From NCBI GenBank assembly GCA_964515925.1, contig CAZEYP010000006.1, forward strand, positions 11,591 to 75,590: 64,000 bases of DNA. The letters run 5' to 3'. A program made the translations under genes and the position numbers. Below, in pieces: positions 43,157 to 51,917 of this stretch. Under the pieces are notes generated by a model that saw only the letters and a program-made list of their open reading frames with translations, was not told the DNA's origin and made no database searches. Position 1 is the stretch's first letter, and the number at the start of each line of letters is the position of its first letter. This DNA is from an uncultured Nitrospirota bacterium (GTDB taxonomy: Bacteria; Nitrospirota; Thermodesulfovibrionia; Thermodesulfovibrionales; JdFR-85).

Positions 43157-45282
43157 TGCAGAAAAGATATGTAATCAAGGGCCTTTCGTGAGCAAATTGT
43201 GCACAAAAGGTGCAGGATGCACTGAACAGGATTCCAGGTGTTAAGGCTGACCTTAACTTTGCTACCGAGACCCTTATGCTTGATGTTAGTGATCTGGATG
43301 CTGAAGACAGGGCAATAAAGAAGATCCTTCAGATGGAGCCACAGGTAAAAGTAATTGATGCTGAAAATGACCCCGAAGGAGACGAGCATCAAAAGGGAAA
43401 GTTCATCCTTAATAAAATCTCTTACGCAGGGTTATTTTTTGTTATAGGCCTGCTTATTGATTACTATTTCTTACCAGGGGCAAGGTCTTCCGGTGTAACA
43501 GAAACTTCATTCTGGTATGTAGCCCTTCCATATATAATTGCTTACCTGATTTCAGGACAGGATGTTTTGAAAAAGGCACTGTTGGGAATCAGAAAGGGTG
43601 ATTTTTTTAGTGAGAACTTTCTTATGAGTATTGCAACTATAGGTGCATTCCTGATAGGGGAGTTTCCTGAGGCTGTTGGTGTAATGCTGTTTTTCAAGGT
43701 GGGTGAGTACTTTGAGGAGAGGGCGGTAGGGCATTCAAGGAAGTCTATAAAGAGCCTGCTTAAGCTCAGGGCTGATTACGCAAATCTCTGGAAAGATGGA
43801 GAAACCATCCAGATAAGCCCTGAAGAGGTAAAGGTGGGTGATATTATTCTGGTAAGACCCGGGGAGAGGGTCCCTCTTGATGGTGTGGTTGTGCAGGGAG
43901 AAACAGCGGTTGATACATCAGCACTTACAGGAGAGCCTGTTCCAAAAGGTCTAAGGCCAGGAGATGATGTGCTTTCCGGGATGGTTAACAAAAACAGTGT
44001 TATTCTTGTTAAGGTAACCAGTCCCTTTGAGCGCTCTACCGTAAGCAGAATACTGCAGCTTGTCGAGAAGGCGGCTACGCAGAAGGCACCAACAGAGAGG
44101 TTCATTACCCGTTTTTCCAGGGTGTATACCCCGGTGGTGGTATCTCTATCAGTGGGCATGGCAGTGCTGCCGCCGCTTTTTTTTCAGCAGGAAACCTATT
44201 CAGAATGGATTTACCGGTCTCTTGTATTTCTTGTAATTTCCTGCCCCTGTGCCCTTGTGCTTTCCATACCAGTTGGTTTCTTTGGTGGTATAGGTGCATC
44301 AGCACGAAAGGGGGTGCTTTTCAAAGGAGCTAACTACCTTGAAGCCTTCAGAAAGGTGCATACAATGGTCTTCGACAAAACAGGCACCCTGACCGAAGGG
44401 GTTTTTAAGGTGGTGGATATAAGGGCATTTAATGGATTCTCTAAAGACGACCTGCTGAGGCTTGCTGCCCTTGCAGAGGCTCATTCAAATCATCCAGTTG
44501 CAAGATCCATAATTGAGGCTTACGACGGAAACATAGACGAGGGAAGCATTGAGAGTTACGAGGAAATACCGTCTCACGGGGTAAAGGTGGTAGCTGATGG
44601 AAGGGAGATTGTTGCAGGAAACGACAGAATATTGCATCTAAATGAAAAGGAGATACAACACGATACCTGTGTGACAGAAGGTACTGTTGTCCATGTTGCT
44701 GTTGATGGCAGATATGCTGGATATATAGTTCTTTCAGATGTAATCAGAGAGGATGCTAAGACAACCATTCAGACCCTTAAAAAGGAAGGCGTTAGGCGTA
44801 TTATAATGCTTACGGGTGATGACAGAGAAGCGGCTGAACAGGTGGCACGGACGCTGCAGATTGATGAATTCCATGCAGAGCTGTTACCAGAGGAGAAGAT
44901 CGAACTGGTCAGGGAGCTTGAGAAGGAGATTGACCGTAAGCATCACAAGATAGCCTTCGTAGGTGATGGTATAAACGATGCCCCTGTCTTGATGGCCTCT
45001 GATATTGGTATTGCTATGGGAGGGCTTGGCTCTGACGCTGCAATTGAATCAGCAGGTGTGGTGTTGATGAAAGACAGGCTTTCTGCCCTGCTGGACGCCT
45101 TATATATTTCAAGAAGGACAAGAAGGATAGTGTTCGGAAATATTGGGATGGTTTTTTTAATTAAAGGGCTATTCCTGGCGCTCGGTGCCTTTGGTATGGC
45201 TACCATGTGGGAGGCGCTTTTTGCTGATGTAGGGGTAGCCGTGCTTGCCGTCCTTAACTCCACAAGAGTTCTGAAGAGCTAA
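43156..45282 (+). CDS. cadA: heavy-metal P1B-type ATPase (CadA/ZntA-like) with an N-terminal HMA domain interrupted by in-frame TGA 43189..43191 (Sec candidate or nonsense)
   Basis: The ORF track gives 43210..45282 (CPC, DKTGTLT, HP and GDGINDAP motifs are all present). The same frame upstream encodes GTG-QKRYVIKGLS-TGA-ANCAQKVQDALNRIPGVKADLNF.., a full HMA fold. GTG 43156 overlaps the cadC stop and has GAGGAG upstream. Confidence 0.65.
43209..43223 (+). promoter_or_regulatory. candidate SECIS-like hairpin GGUGCA-GGA-UGCACU 17 nt downstream of the in-frame UGA
   Basis: The stem is G.U, G-C, U-A, G-C, C-G and A-U with loop GGA. It resembles the apical E. coli fdhF SECIS GGUUGCAGGUCUGCACC (from memory). 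It is short and could be coincidental. Confidence 0.3.
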
Positions 45283-45409
45283 TCTTAAACAGCATACCAT
45301 AGGATTCCTTTTAACCTGTTTTAAGGTAAAGATATTAGTTTTAGATAGATATTCTAATATGTTGTGTCTAAAAAATTAGAGTGGCTTTGAAGTATAGTGG
45401 TCTAATTGG

Positions 45410-45438
45410 TTGAAATTTAAAAAAATATGCTGTATAAT
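45410..45438 (+). promoter_or_regulatory. candidate promoter TTGAAA-17-TATAAT (extended TGn) giving a leaderless nfu mRNA
   Basis: TTGAAA at 45410..45415, a 17-nt spacer, and TATAAT at 45433..45438, with ATG 45446 seven nt downstream. No SD is present. Confidence 0.55.
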
Positions 45439-45445
45439 GTCTTGT

Positions 45446-45670
45446 ATGGATCAGGAGAGGCTTTACAGGGTTATTGAGGAGATCAGGGATGGGCTTAAAA
45501 AGGAGGGTGGTGATCTGGAACTGGTTGATGTAAGGGGAGATATTGTTTATGTCCGTTTAACAGGTCAGTGTGAGAGCTGTATGATGGCAGGTCTCACAAT
45601 GAAGAACTGGGTGGAGAGAAAGCTAAAAGAGGCATTTCCTGAATTAAAAGAGGTAAGGGCTGTTGGATAA
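45446..45670 (+). CDS. NifU C-terminal-domain (Nfu-type) Fe-S cluster scaffold/carrier protein
   Basis: MDQERLYRVIEEIRDGLKKEGGDLELVDVRGDIVYVRLTGQCESC matches the Nfu pattern with CxxC. The ORF-track start TTG 45410 coincides with the -35 box. Confidence 0.8.
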   Translation: MDQERLYRVIEEIRDGLKKEGGDLELVDVRGDIVYVRLTGQCESCMMAGLTMKNWVERKLKEAFPELKEVRAVG

Positions 45671-46807
45671 ATGTACTATGTAAAGAAGATACCCCTAATT
45701 TTTCTTTTTATATTATCCGTTATACTATCAGCTACAGTATTTGCTGAACAGCTCAGGTATATTGAGGATGTAAGGTTTTCTGAGCAAAATGGAAAGTCAA
45801 GAATTGTAATAGAATTTGACGAGATTCCCTCCTTTAAAACAGGGCTTCTTCATAATCCGGAACGGATTTATTTTGACTTTCAGTCAACAGGAATAATAAA
45901 GGACAAAATAAAAAATATAAATGGTTCAGTGGTAAAGGCAGTGCGATTTGGAAGCCCTGTTAAAGGTGTATTGAGGGTAGTTATTGATTTAAAGAGCAGG
46001 GTGCCACACAAGTTTTTCACAATACAATCACCTCCACGACTGGTTATAGACCTTGGCAACGACCGAAATCCCTTTTACAGAGAGAGAAAGATAGTTGTTA
46101 TAGACCCTGGCCATGGAGGGCATGACCCTGGTGCCATTGGTCCCACAGGACTGAGGGAAAAGGATGTTACTTTAAGGATTGCAAAGGAATTAAAAAAGAT
46201 ACTGGAAGAGAAATACAACCTCAGGGTTTATCTGACAAGAACAGACGACAGGTATCTTGAGCTTAAGGAAAGAACAAGAATAGCTAACCGCAAGATGGCA
46301 GACCTTTTTGTCTCTATACATGCAAATGCAAGCCCCAGAAGGTCAACCTCGGGTGTTGAAACCTATCTGCTTAACTGGACAAACGACCGTGAGGCTCTGA
46401 GGGTGGCGGCAAGAGAGAACCAGATCTCAGTTGAAAAGATGAAGGCGCAGCAGAGTGAACTGGGTATGATACTTGCCTCACTGAAACGGGAAAGCAAGAG
46501 AGATGAGTCACTGAAGCTTGCTCATTACATACAGCGATCAATTATTAGCGGCCTGAGAGGTAGTTATGGAGTTAGAAATCTTGGTGTTAAACAGGCCCTT
46601 TTTTATGTGCTTGTAGATGCAGACATGCCCTCGGTGCTTGTTGAGGTAGGCTTTATTAGTAATCCCAGGGAGGAAAGGCTCCTCAGAAGCAGCCGTTTCA
46701 GGAGGAAGACGGCTGATGCAATAGCTGCTGGCATATTCCGATATATCCTATCACTTCCAGATGCTCCAAAGCTTGCAATGAAGACAGGGAATCTGCCAAA
46801 ATTATAA
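45671..46807 (+). CDS. amiC: N-acetylmuramoyl-L-alanine amidase (AMIN + Amidase_3 domains)
   Basis: 378 aa with a signal peptide. It has an AMIN-like N-terminus (RIVIEFDE..RVVIDL) and the catalytic region VVIDPGHGGHDPGA...SIHANA. Confidence 0.85.
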   Translation: MYYVKKIPLIFLFILSVILSATVFAEQLRYIEDVRFSEQNGKSRIVIEFDEIPSFKTGLLHNPERIYFDFQSTGIIKDKIKNINGSVVKAVRFGSPVKGVLRVVIDLKSRVPHKFFTIQSPPRLVIDLGNDRNPFYRERKIVVIDPGHGGHDPGAIGPTGLREKDVTLRIAKELKKILEEKYNLRVYLTRTDDRYLELKERTRIANRKMADLFVSIHANASPRRSTSGVETYLLNWTNDREALRVAARENQISVEKMKAQQSELGMILASLKRESKRDESLKLAHYIQRSIISGLRGSYGVRNLGVKQALFYVLVDADMPSVLVEVGFISNPREERLLRSSRFRRKTADAIAAGIFRYILSLPDAPKLAMKTGNLPKL

Positions 46808-46862
46808 ACAACTATATCGGAGCATTAACCTTTAAAAATTTTCAGCGAAAGGGCAAGCCGCA

Positions 46863-47474
46863 TTGATTTATTTAAGATTATTAGCTTACATAGGTTTCAC
46901 TATCTGTCTTTTTTATTTTAACAGTATAAACATTGCATATGCTGTCCTTGCTTCAGCATTTGTTATTTACTGGCTTTATCCAGACCGTAGAATAAGAAAG
47001 GGAATTGTGCCAATCAGTATTTTTACCCTCAGTGTATTTGTCAGCAATCTTCTCCTTTTCACACCAGGAAAGATAATCATGCAAAATGCCCTGATAACAA
47101 TTACTGACAGTGCAATGGAGCTGGCCATTATAAGGGGGGCAAGGGTGATAGGTCTTGTTTACGGTGCAAAGCTGCTTGTTATCAGCTCTGGCACAGAGGA
47201 GATTGTTTCAGCACTAAAGAGAATATTCAGCCCTCTGAAAAGGGTTGGCCTGTCTATGGATGGTTTTTTTGACACAGTGACTCTTACCCTGAGAATACTG
47301 CCGGTTATAAAAGAAGAGGCATTAAAGCGAGTGGACAGGCAGCGTAGGGAGAGTTCTGATAACCCTTTTTTACGACTGAGGGTGTGGATAAACGTGATGG
47401 TGCCTCTGCTTCTTGATACCATAAGAATGCCAGAGATTTTTCTTAAAAATATCCCTGAGCAAAACAGGAACTGA
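46863..47474 (+). CDS. CbiQ/EcfT-family transmembrane protein (short, no adjacent ATPase)
   Basis: 203 aa with a TTG start. The LTLRILPVIKEEALKRVDRQRR region resembles the conserved EcfT/CbiQ coupling helix. Confidence 0.5.
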   Translation: MIYLRLLAYIGFTICLFYFNSINIAYAVLASAFVIYWLYPDRRIRKGIVPISIFTLSVFVSNLLLFTPGKIIMQNALITITDSAMELAIIRGARVIGLVYGAKLLVISSGTEEIVSALKRIFSPLKRVGLSMDGFFDTVTLTLRILPVIKEEALKRVDRQRRESSDNPFLRLRVWINVMVPLLLDTIRMPEIFLKNIPEQNRN

Positions 47475-47491
47475 CCTGAAAGGGAGGCCCA

Positions 47492-48538
47492 TTGTCAACA
47501 GGTCGATTTTACCTCTTTTCACTAATAATACTTACCCTGTCCCTTTTCTATCTTACCTATCTGGTGATTGCCCCCTTTCTCACCCCGATTGCATGGGCAG
47601 TGGTTATGACCGTGGTCTTTTATCCCTTTTACCATTATCTGCAGCGGTATATAAAGTGGAACTCGGTTGCCTCTCTGATTACCGTGGTGGTTGCTCTCCT
47701 GTTAATTGTTGGCCCCTTTTCGTTTCTTATAGTCAACCTTGTTAATGAGTTAAGAGAGTTTATTAATTATCTGAACACCAAAGGCATCGGCAGCCTTGAT
47801 GAGATACTGCGCACTCAGCAGGCAGTATGGATTCAGGAAAAGATTAAGACCACCTTTAACCTGAAGGAATTCAACCTTGTTGATATCCTTTCAAAAAGCA
47901 TCTCTAATCTTGGCAAGTCTATTCTCTCTAATGTAACAAGAGGTGTAGCAAACATCATGTCCGTAATAGTGAACTTCTTGCTGATGCTTTTTGCCATGTT
48001 CTTTATGGTGAAAGACGGGCCAGATTTCATAATGAAAATCAGAGATTATATGCCCTTTTCCGATACCCAGAAAGACCATCTTGCATCCCAGATAAAAGAC
48101 ATGGTTATCTCAACGATATACGGTGGTGTTGTGGTTGCCCTGATTCAGGGTGCCCTTGGTGGTATTACATTTTTTGCCCTTGGCCTTGGCTCTCCAGTGC
48201 TGCTTGGTACATTTATGGGTTTTATGTCTTTCATACCTGGCCTTGGTGCTGTCTCGGTGTGGGGGCCTGTTGTTGTTTATCTGATCATCAAGAAGCTATA
48301 TATCAAAGCGGTTATTCTTGTGGTTGTTGGAACCTTTGTTATCAGTATGGTTGACAATATATTGAAACCCATAATAATTAGCGGAAGAACCAGGATGCCC
48401 ACAATGGTGATATTTTTCTGTGTGATAGGAGGACTTAAAGTCTTTGGTCTCATTGGTCTTGTTCTGGGGCCACTGGTGGTGGCAATGTTTGTTTCTGTGC
48501 TTGAGATATTCAGGAGCATTGACACGAATAATCAATAA
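47492..48538 (+). CDS. AI-2E family transporter (PerM/UPF0118)
   Basis: 348 aa with a TTG start after AGGGAGG, about 8 TM segments and a typical family layout. Confidence 0.75.
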   Translation: MSTGRFYLFSLIILTLSLFYLTYLVIAPFLTPIAWAVVMTVVFYPFYHYLQRYIKWNSVASLITVVVALLLIVGPFSFLIVNLVNELREFINYLNTKGIGSLDEILRTQQAVWIQEKIKTTFNLKEFNLVDILSKSISNLGKSILSNVTRGVANIMSVIVNFLLMLFAMFFMVKDGPDFIMKIRDYMPFSDTQKDHLASQIKDMVISTIYGGVVVALIQGALGGITFFALGLGSPVLLGTFMGFMSFIPGLGAVSVWGPVVVYLIIKKLYIKAVILVVVGTFVISMVDNILKPIIISGRTRMPTMVIFFCVIGGLKVFGLIGLVLGPLVVAMFVSVLEIFRSIDTNNQ

Positions 48539-48762
48539 ATAAAATTAATAAATACTATCATAAACATTTTGAGAAATATCTATCTGATTGTTTATAATAT
48601 TAATAACTACATAAAAGTATCAAAAGGGCCTCTTATTTGCTCTATGTTGACTCTTGTTGATCGTTAAGTGCGTTAAATCTCAAAGTTGGGATGGTGTGCG
48701 GTCAGTTATGTGTCAGAGTGGGGAGGTTGAGGTGAGGAAAAAAGAAAGGAGGTGTTTGTTAA

Positions 48763-49125
48763 ATGAAAAGGTCAATGGTGTTGGTTTTTATCTCAGCTAT
48801 AATTGCAGTGACTGTGGCGGTGGCATTTGCAGCAGGAAATATCGAAAAAGGTAAGGTTCTGTTTAATGACACATCGCTTGGTACCAATGGGAAATCCTGT
48901 AACACCTGTCATCCTGATGGAAGTGGAATCAATGGGCAGAAGGGCTCTTTCAAGATCATGAATAACAAGCTGTCTACAGTTGAGGATGCAGTAAACTTCT
49001 GTGTTAAGAATGCCCTGAGAGGTAAACCCCTTCCCAAGGATTCCCAGAAGATGAAGGATATAGTTTCTTATATCAAGATACTTGATGGGAAAAAGAAAAA
49101 GAGAAAGATAATTAAGGGGTGTTAA
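48763..49125 (+). CDS. small secreted monohaem c-type cytochrome
   Basis: 120 aa with a signal peptide and a single CNTCH haem-binding motif. Confidence 0.8.
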   Translation: MKRSMVLVFISAIIAVTVAVAFAAGNIEKGKVLFNDTSLGTNGKSCNTCHPDGSGINGQKGSFKIMNNKLSTVEDAVNFCVKNALRGKPLPKDSQKMKDIVSYIKILDGKKKKRKIIKGC

Positions 49126-49144
49126 AAGAGTGCAATTTCTTCAC

Positions 49145-49176
49145 AAGGCCCTCTCTGGCTAACCAGAGAGGGCCTT
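49145..49176. terminator. bidirectional terminator hairpin (14-bp perfect stem) between the cytochrome c gene and the radical SAM gene
   Basis: aaggccctctctgg-ctaa-ccagagagggcctt. Confidence 0.75.
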
Positions 49177-49184
49177 CTGTATTA

Positions 49185-50198
49185 TTATGGCATGTCCACC
49201 CCATCTATAACCTCACCACAAAAAGTGCATCTGCCGTTTTTTATATTTATGCTGGTTAAAGAGAATCCAAGTCTTTCTATTACCACCCTGCCGCAATTAG
49301 GACAATAGGTGTTTTCGCCTCCTTCTCCCGGGACATTTCCCTCGTACACATATTTCAAGCCTGCTTTAATGCCAATTTCACGTGCCCTTCTAAGAGTTGA
49401 TATTGGCGTTCTTCCCCTATCGGTAAGTTTATAAGTTGGATAAAACTGCGTCACATGCCAGGGTATTTCAGGGCTTACTGATACGATAAAATCTGCTACC
49501 CACTTCAGGAAGTCTTCAGAATCATTAAGTCGGGGTATAACAAGAGTGGTTACTTCTACCCATACTCCACGCTCTTTCATATCCTTTATGGTATCAAGCA
49601 CACATTGAAGCCTGGCACCGGTTATCTTTTTGTAGAATTCATCGTCACCCTTAAGGTCTATGTTGTCTGCATCAAGATAGGGTGCAATCTTCTCTATAGC
49701 TTCGGGGGTCATATATCCGTTGCTTACAAAGACATTCTTCACCCCCCTTTCTCTGGCCAATCGTGCACATTCATAGGCAAATTCCATATATATTGTTGGC
49801 TCTGTGTAGGTATAAGAAATACTCCTGCAGTTAAATTTTATTGCCTCGTCCACCACCTCTTCGGGTGTCATCTCTATGCCAGTAATACTTTTGTAAAGCC
49901 TTGGAAATTGAGAGATCTCCCAGTTCTGACAGTGAACACATCTTAGATTACATCCTACGGTAGATATAGAGTATGAACGGGAGGCAGGTTGAAAGTGAAA
50001 GAGGGGTTTCTTCTCAATTGGGTCAACATGCCTTGCCGCCACCTTGCCGTATACAAGGGTGTATAATTTCCCATCTCTATTTTCCCTGACACCACAGATT
50101 CCTCTCTTTCCACTGGATATTCTGCACCGATGACAGCATAGATGGCATTTTACATTGCTGTCGCCAGTGGGCTCGTATAAAAAAGCCTCCTTTTCCAT
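49185..50198 (-). CDS. radical SAM enzyme of the AmmeMemoRadiSam / PFL-activase-like type
   Basis: 337 aa. It has the N-terminal CHLCCHRC cluster, the radical SAM motif CNLRCVHCQNW, and a C-terminal CPNCG..CTFCG ribbon. Confidence 0.75.
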   Translation of the reverse strand: MEKEAFLYEPTGDSNVKCHLCCHRCRISSGKRGICGVRENRDGKLYTLVYGKVAARHVDPIEKKPLFHFQPASRSYSISTVGCNLRCVHCQNWEISQFPRLYKSITGIEMTPEEVVDEAIKFNCRSISYTYTEPTIYMEFAYECARLARERGVKNVFVSNGYMTPEAIEKIAPYLDADNIDLKGDDEFYKKITGARLQCVLDTIKDMKERGVWVEVTTLVIPRLNDSEDFLKWVADFIVSVSPEIPWHVTQFYPTYKLTDRGRTPISTLRRAREIGIKAGLKYVYEGNVPGEGGENTYCPNCGRVVIERLGFSLTSINIKNGRCTFCGEVIDGVDMP

Positions 50199-50274
50199 AA
50201 CTTAAAGATAACAGATTCTCCACTCATAGTCAATAATCCCATTGCACCGAGATATACAAATATACCCTTTCTTT

Positions 50275-50283
50275 TGCTATAAT
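50275..50283 (+). promoter_or_regulatory. candidate extended -10 (TGcTATAAT) 7 nt upstream of ATG 50291; leaderless-type arrangement for nadB
   Basis: tttTGcTATAATgtctgtcATGgaaacc. The ORF-track ATG 50282 lies inside the -10 box. Confidence 0.45.
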
Positions 50284-50290
50284 GTCTGTC

Positions 50291-51868
50291 ATGGAAACCA
50301 TCATTACCGATTTTCTCATTATTGGAAGTGGAGTGGCAGGGCTAAGGGCAGCGGTGGAGCTTGCCCAAGGTGGTGATGTGGTTGTTGTTACAAAGGACGA
50401 GATGGCTGAATCAAGCACTGAATATGCCCAGGGCGGTGTGGCTGTTGCAATGAGTGATGAGGATGAGGTGGGTATACACCTTGAGGACACCCTGAAGGCA
50501 GGTGATGGCCTATGCAGGCAGGAGGCTGTAAGGGTGCTTGTTGAGGAGGGGCCTGAGAGGATTATGGAGTTGATAAAGTGGGGTGCTGAGTTTGATAAAA
50601 GAGGAACCAAACTTGACTTTACACTTGAGGCAGCACATTCAAGAAGGCGGATACTTCATGCCCATGGTGACTCTACAGGAAGGGAGATAGAGAGGGTCCT
50701 TATCAATACAGTTCGGGGCATTGAAAATATAAGAAGGATGCCCTATTCAATGAGTATTGATCTGGTGACAGATGGAAATGCCTGCTTCGGAGCCTTTATA
50801 TTACAAAGAAACAGGCCTGTAAAGGTTCTGGCAAAAGCAACCGTACTGGCTACCGGAGGTGCAGGTCAACTATTTGCAAGAACCACCAACCCCAGGGTGG
50901 CAACCTCTGACGGCATGGCCATGGCAATCAGGGCCGGGGTGTTAATGGAGGATATGGAGTTTGTGCAGTTTCATCCCACCGTGCTTTATGCACCCTCTGC
51001 ACCCCAGTTTTTGCTAAGTGAATCAATGAGGGGAGAAGGTGGTGTCTTGAGGAACATCTACGGTGAGAGGTTTATGAAGAACTATCATCCTGATGGAGAG
51101 CTTGCACCAAGGGATGTGGTTTCAAGGTCTATAATCTCTGAGATGGTAAAGACAAAGAGTACCCATGTATATTTAGACCTGACCCACCTTGATGGTGAAT
51201 TTCTAAAGAGGCGATTCCCCCGAATCTATAGAACCTGTCTTAACTACGACATTGATATAACAAAAGACAGGATACCTGTCTCACCTGCCGCTCATTATGC
51301 GATGGGCGGAATAAAGACCGACACCTCTGGAAGAACCAGCATGGAAGGGCTTTTTGCTGCCGGTGAGGTTGCCTGCACAGGGGTTCACGGTGCAAACAGA
51401 CTTGCCAGTAACAGTCTGCTTGAGGGGCTTGTCTATGGCGCAAGAGCTGGAAAGACAGCCATTGAGGAGGCACTGAATGAAAGAAAACTCCAGACTGCCC
51501 TCACAATAAACCAGACTGTTAGATACAGCTCTATAGAGAGTGTGGAGAATTTGAGGTCTCAGGTTAGAAGGCTTATGTGGGACAGAGTTGGTATTATCAG
51601 ATGTAATGAATCCCTTGGTATTGCTAAAGAAAGGCTTCAGGAACTTTCTGAAAGGGTAAAGGGGCAGTTCATGACCCGACAGGAACTGGAACTTAAAAAC
51701 ATGATTTACACAGCAAGGGTAATAACCGAGGCTGCATACCACAGGTGTTGTAGCATTGGTGCTCATTACAGGTCTGATCACCCTGAAAAGGATGGTTGTG
51801 GTTTTCATTCGATTATAAGACAGTCTCCTGATGGGGAGATTAATATTTCGCGTGAGTTTGTCCGATAA
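50291..51868 (+). CDS. nadB: L-aspartate oxidase
   Basis: METIITDFLIIGSGVAGLRAA is an FAD-binding N-terminus, and the succinate dehydrogenase/fumarate reductase flavoprotein fold runs throughout. The start may instead be 50282. Confidence 0.88.
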   Translation: METIITDFLIIGSGVAGLRAAVELAQGGDVVVVTKDEMAESSTEYAQGGVAVAMSDEDEVGIHLEDTLKAGDGLCRQEAVRVLVEEGPERIMELIKWGAEFDKRGTKLDFTLEAAHSRRRILHAHGDSTGREIERVLINTVRGIENIRRMPYSMSIDLVTDGNACFGAFILQRNRPVKVLAKATVLATGGAGQLFARTTNPRVATSDGMAMAIRAGVLMEDMEFVQFHPTVLYAPSAPQFLLSESMRGEGGVLRNIYGERFMKNYHPDGELAPRDVVSRSIISEMVKTKSTHVYLDLTHLDGEFLKRRFPRIYRTCLNYDIDITKDRIPVSPAAHYAMGGIKTDTSGRTSMEGLFAAGEVACTGVHGANRLASNSLLEGLVYGARAGKTAIEEALNERKLQTALTINQTVRYSSIESVENLRSQVRRLMWDRVGIIRCNESLGIAKERLQELSERVKGQFMTRQELELKNMIYTARVITEAAYHRCCSIGAHYRSDHPEKDGCGFHSIIRQSPDGEINISREFVR

Positions 51869-51917
51869 GATATAAAACCTACTGATAACTAATTTAAACC
51901 AGAAAAGAGAGGGCACA

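Noticed and set aside
43210-43212. GTG 43210 as the ATPase start (ORF-track call)
   Set aside because: It falls in the middle of helix alpha1 of an HMA domain that continues in-frame upstream. I keep it only as a possible reinitiation site if the TGA is a true stop.
42587-45282. The cadC-cadA module next to tRNA-Met as an integrated genomic islet
   Set aside because: I saw no integrase, no direct repeat of the tRNA 3' end and no obvious compositional break. The tRNA adjacency alone is insufficient.
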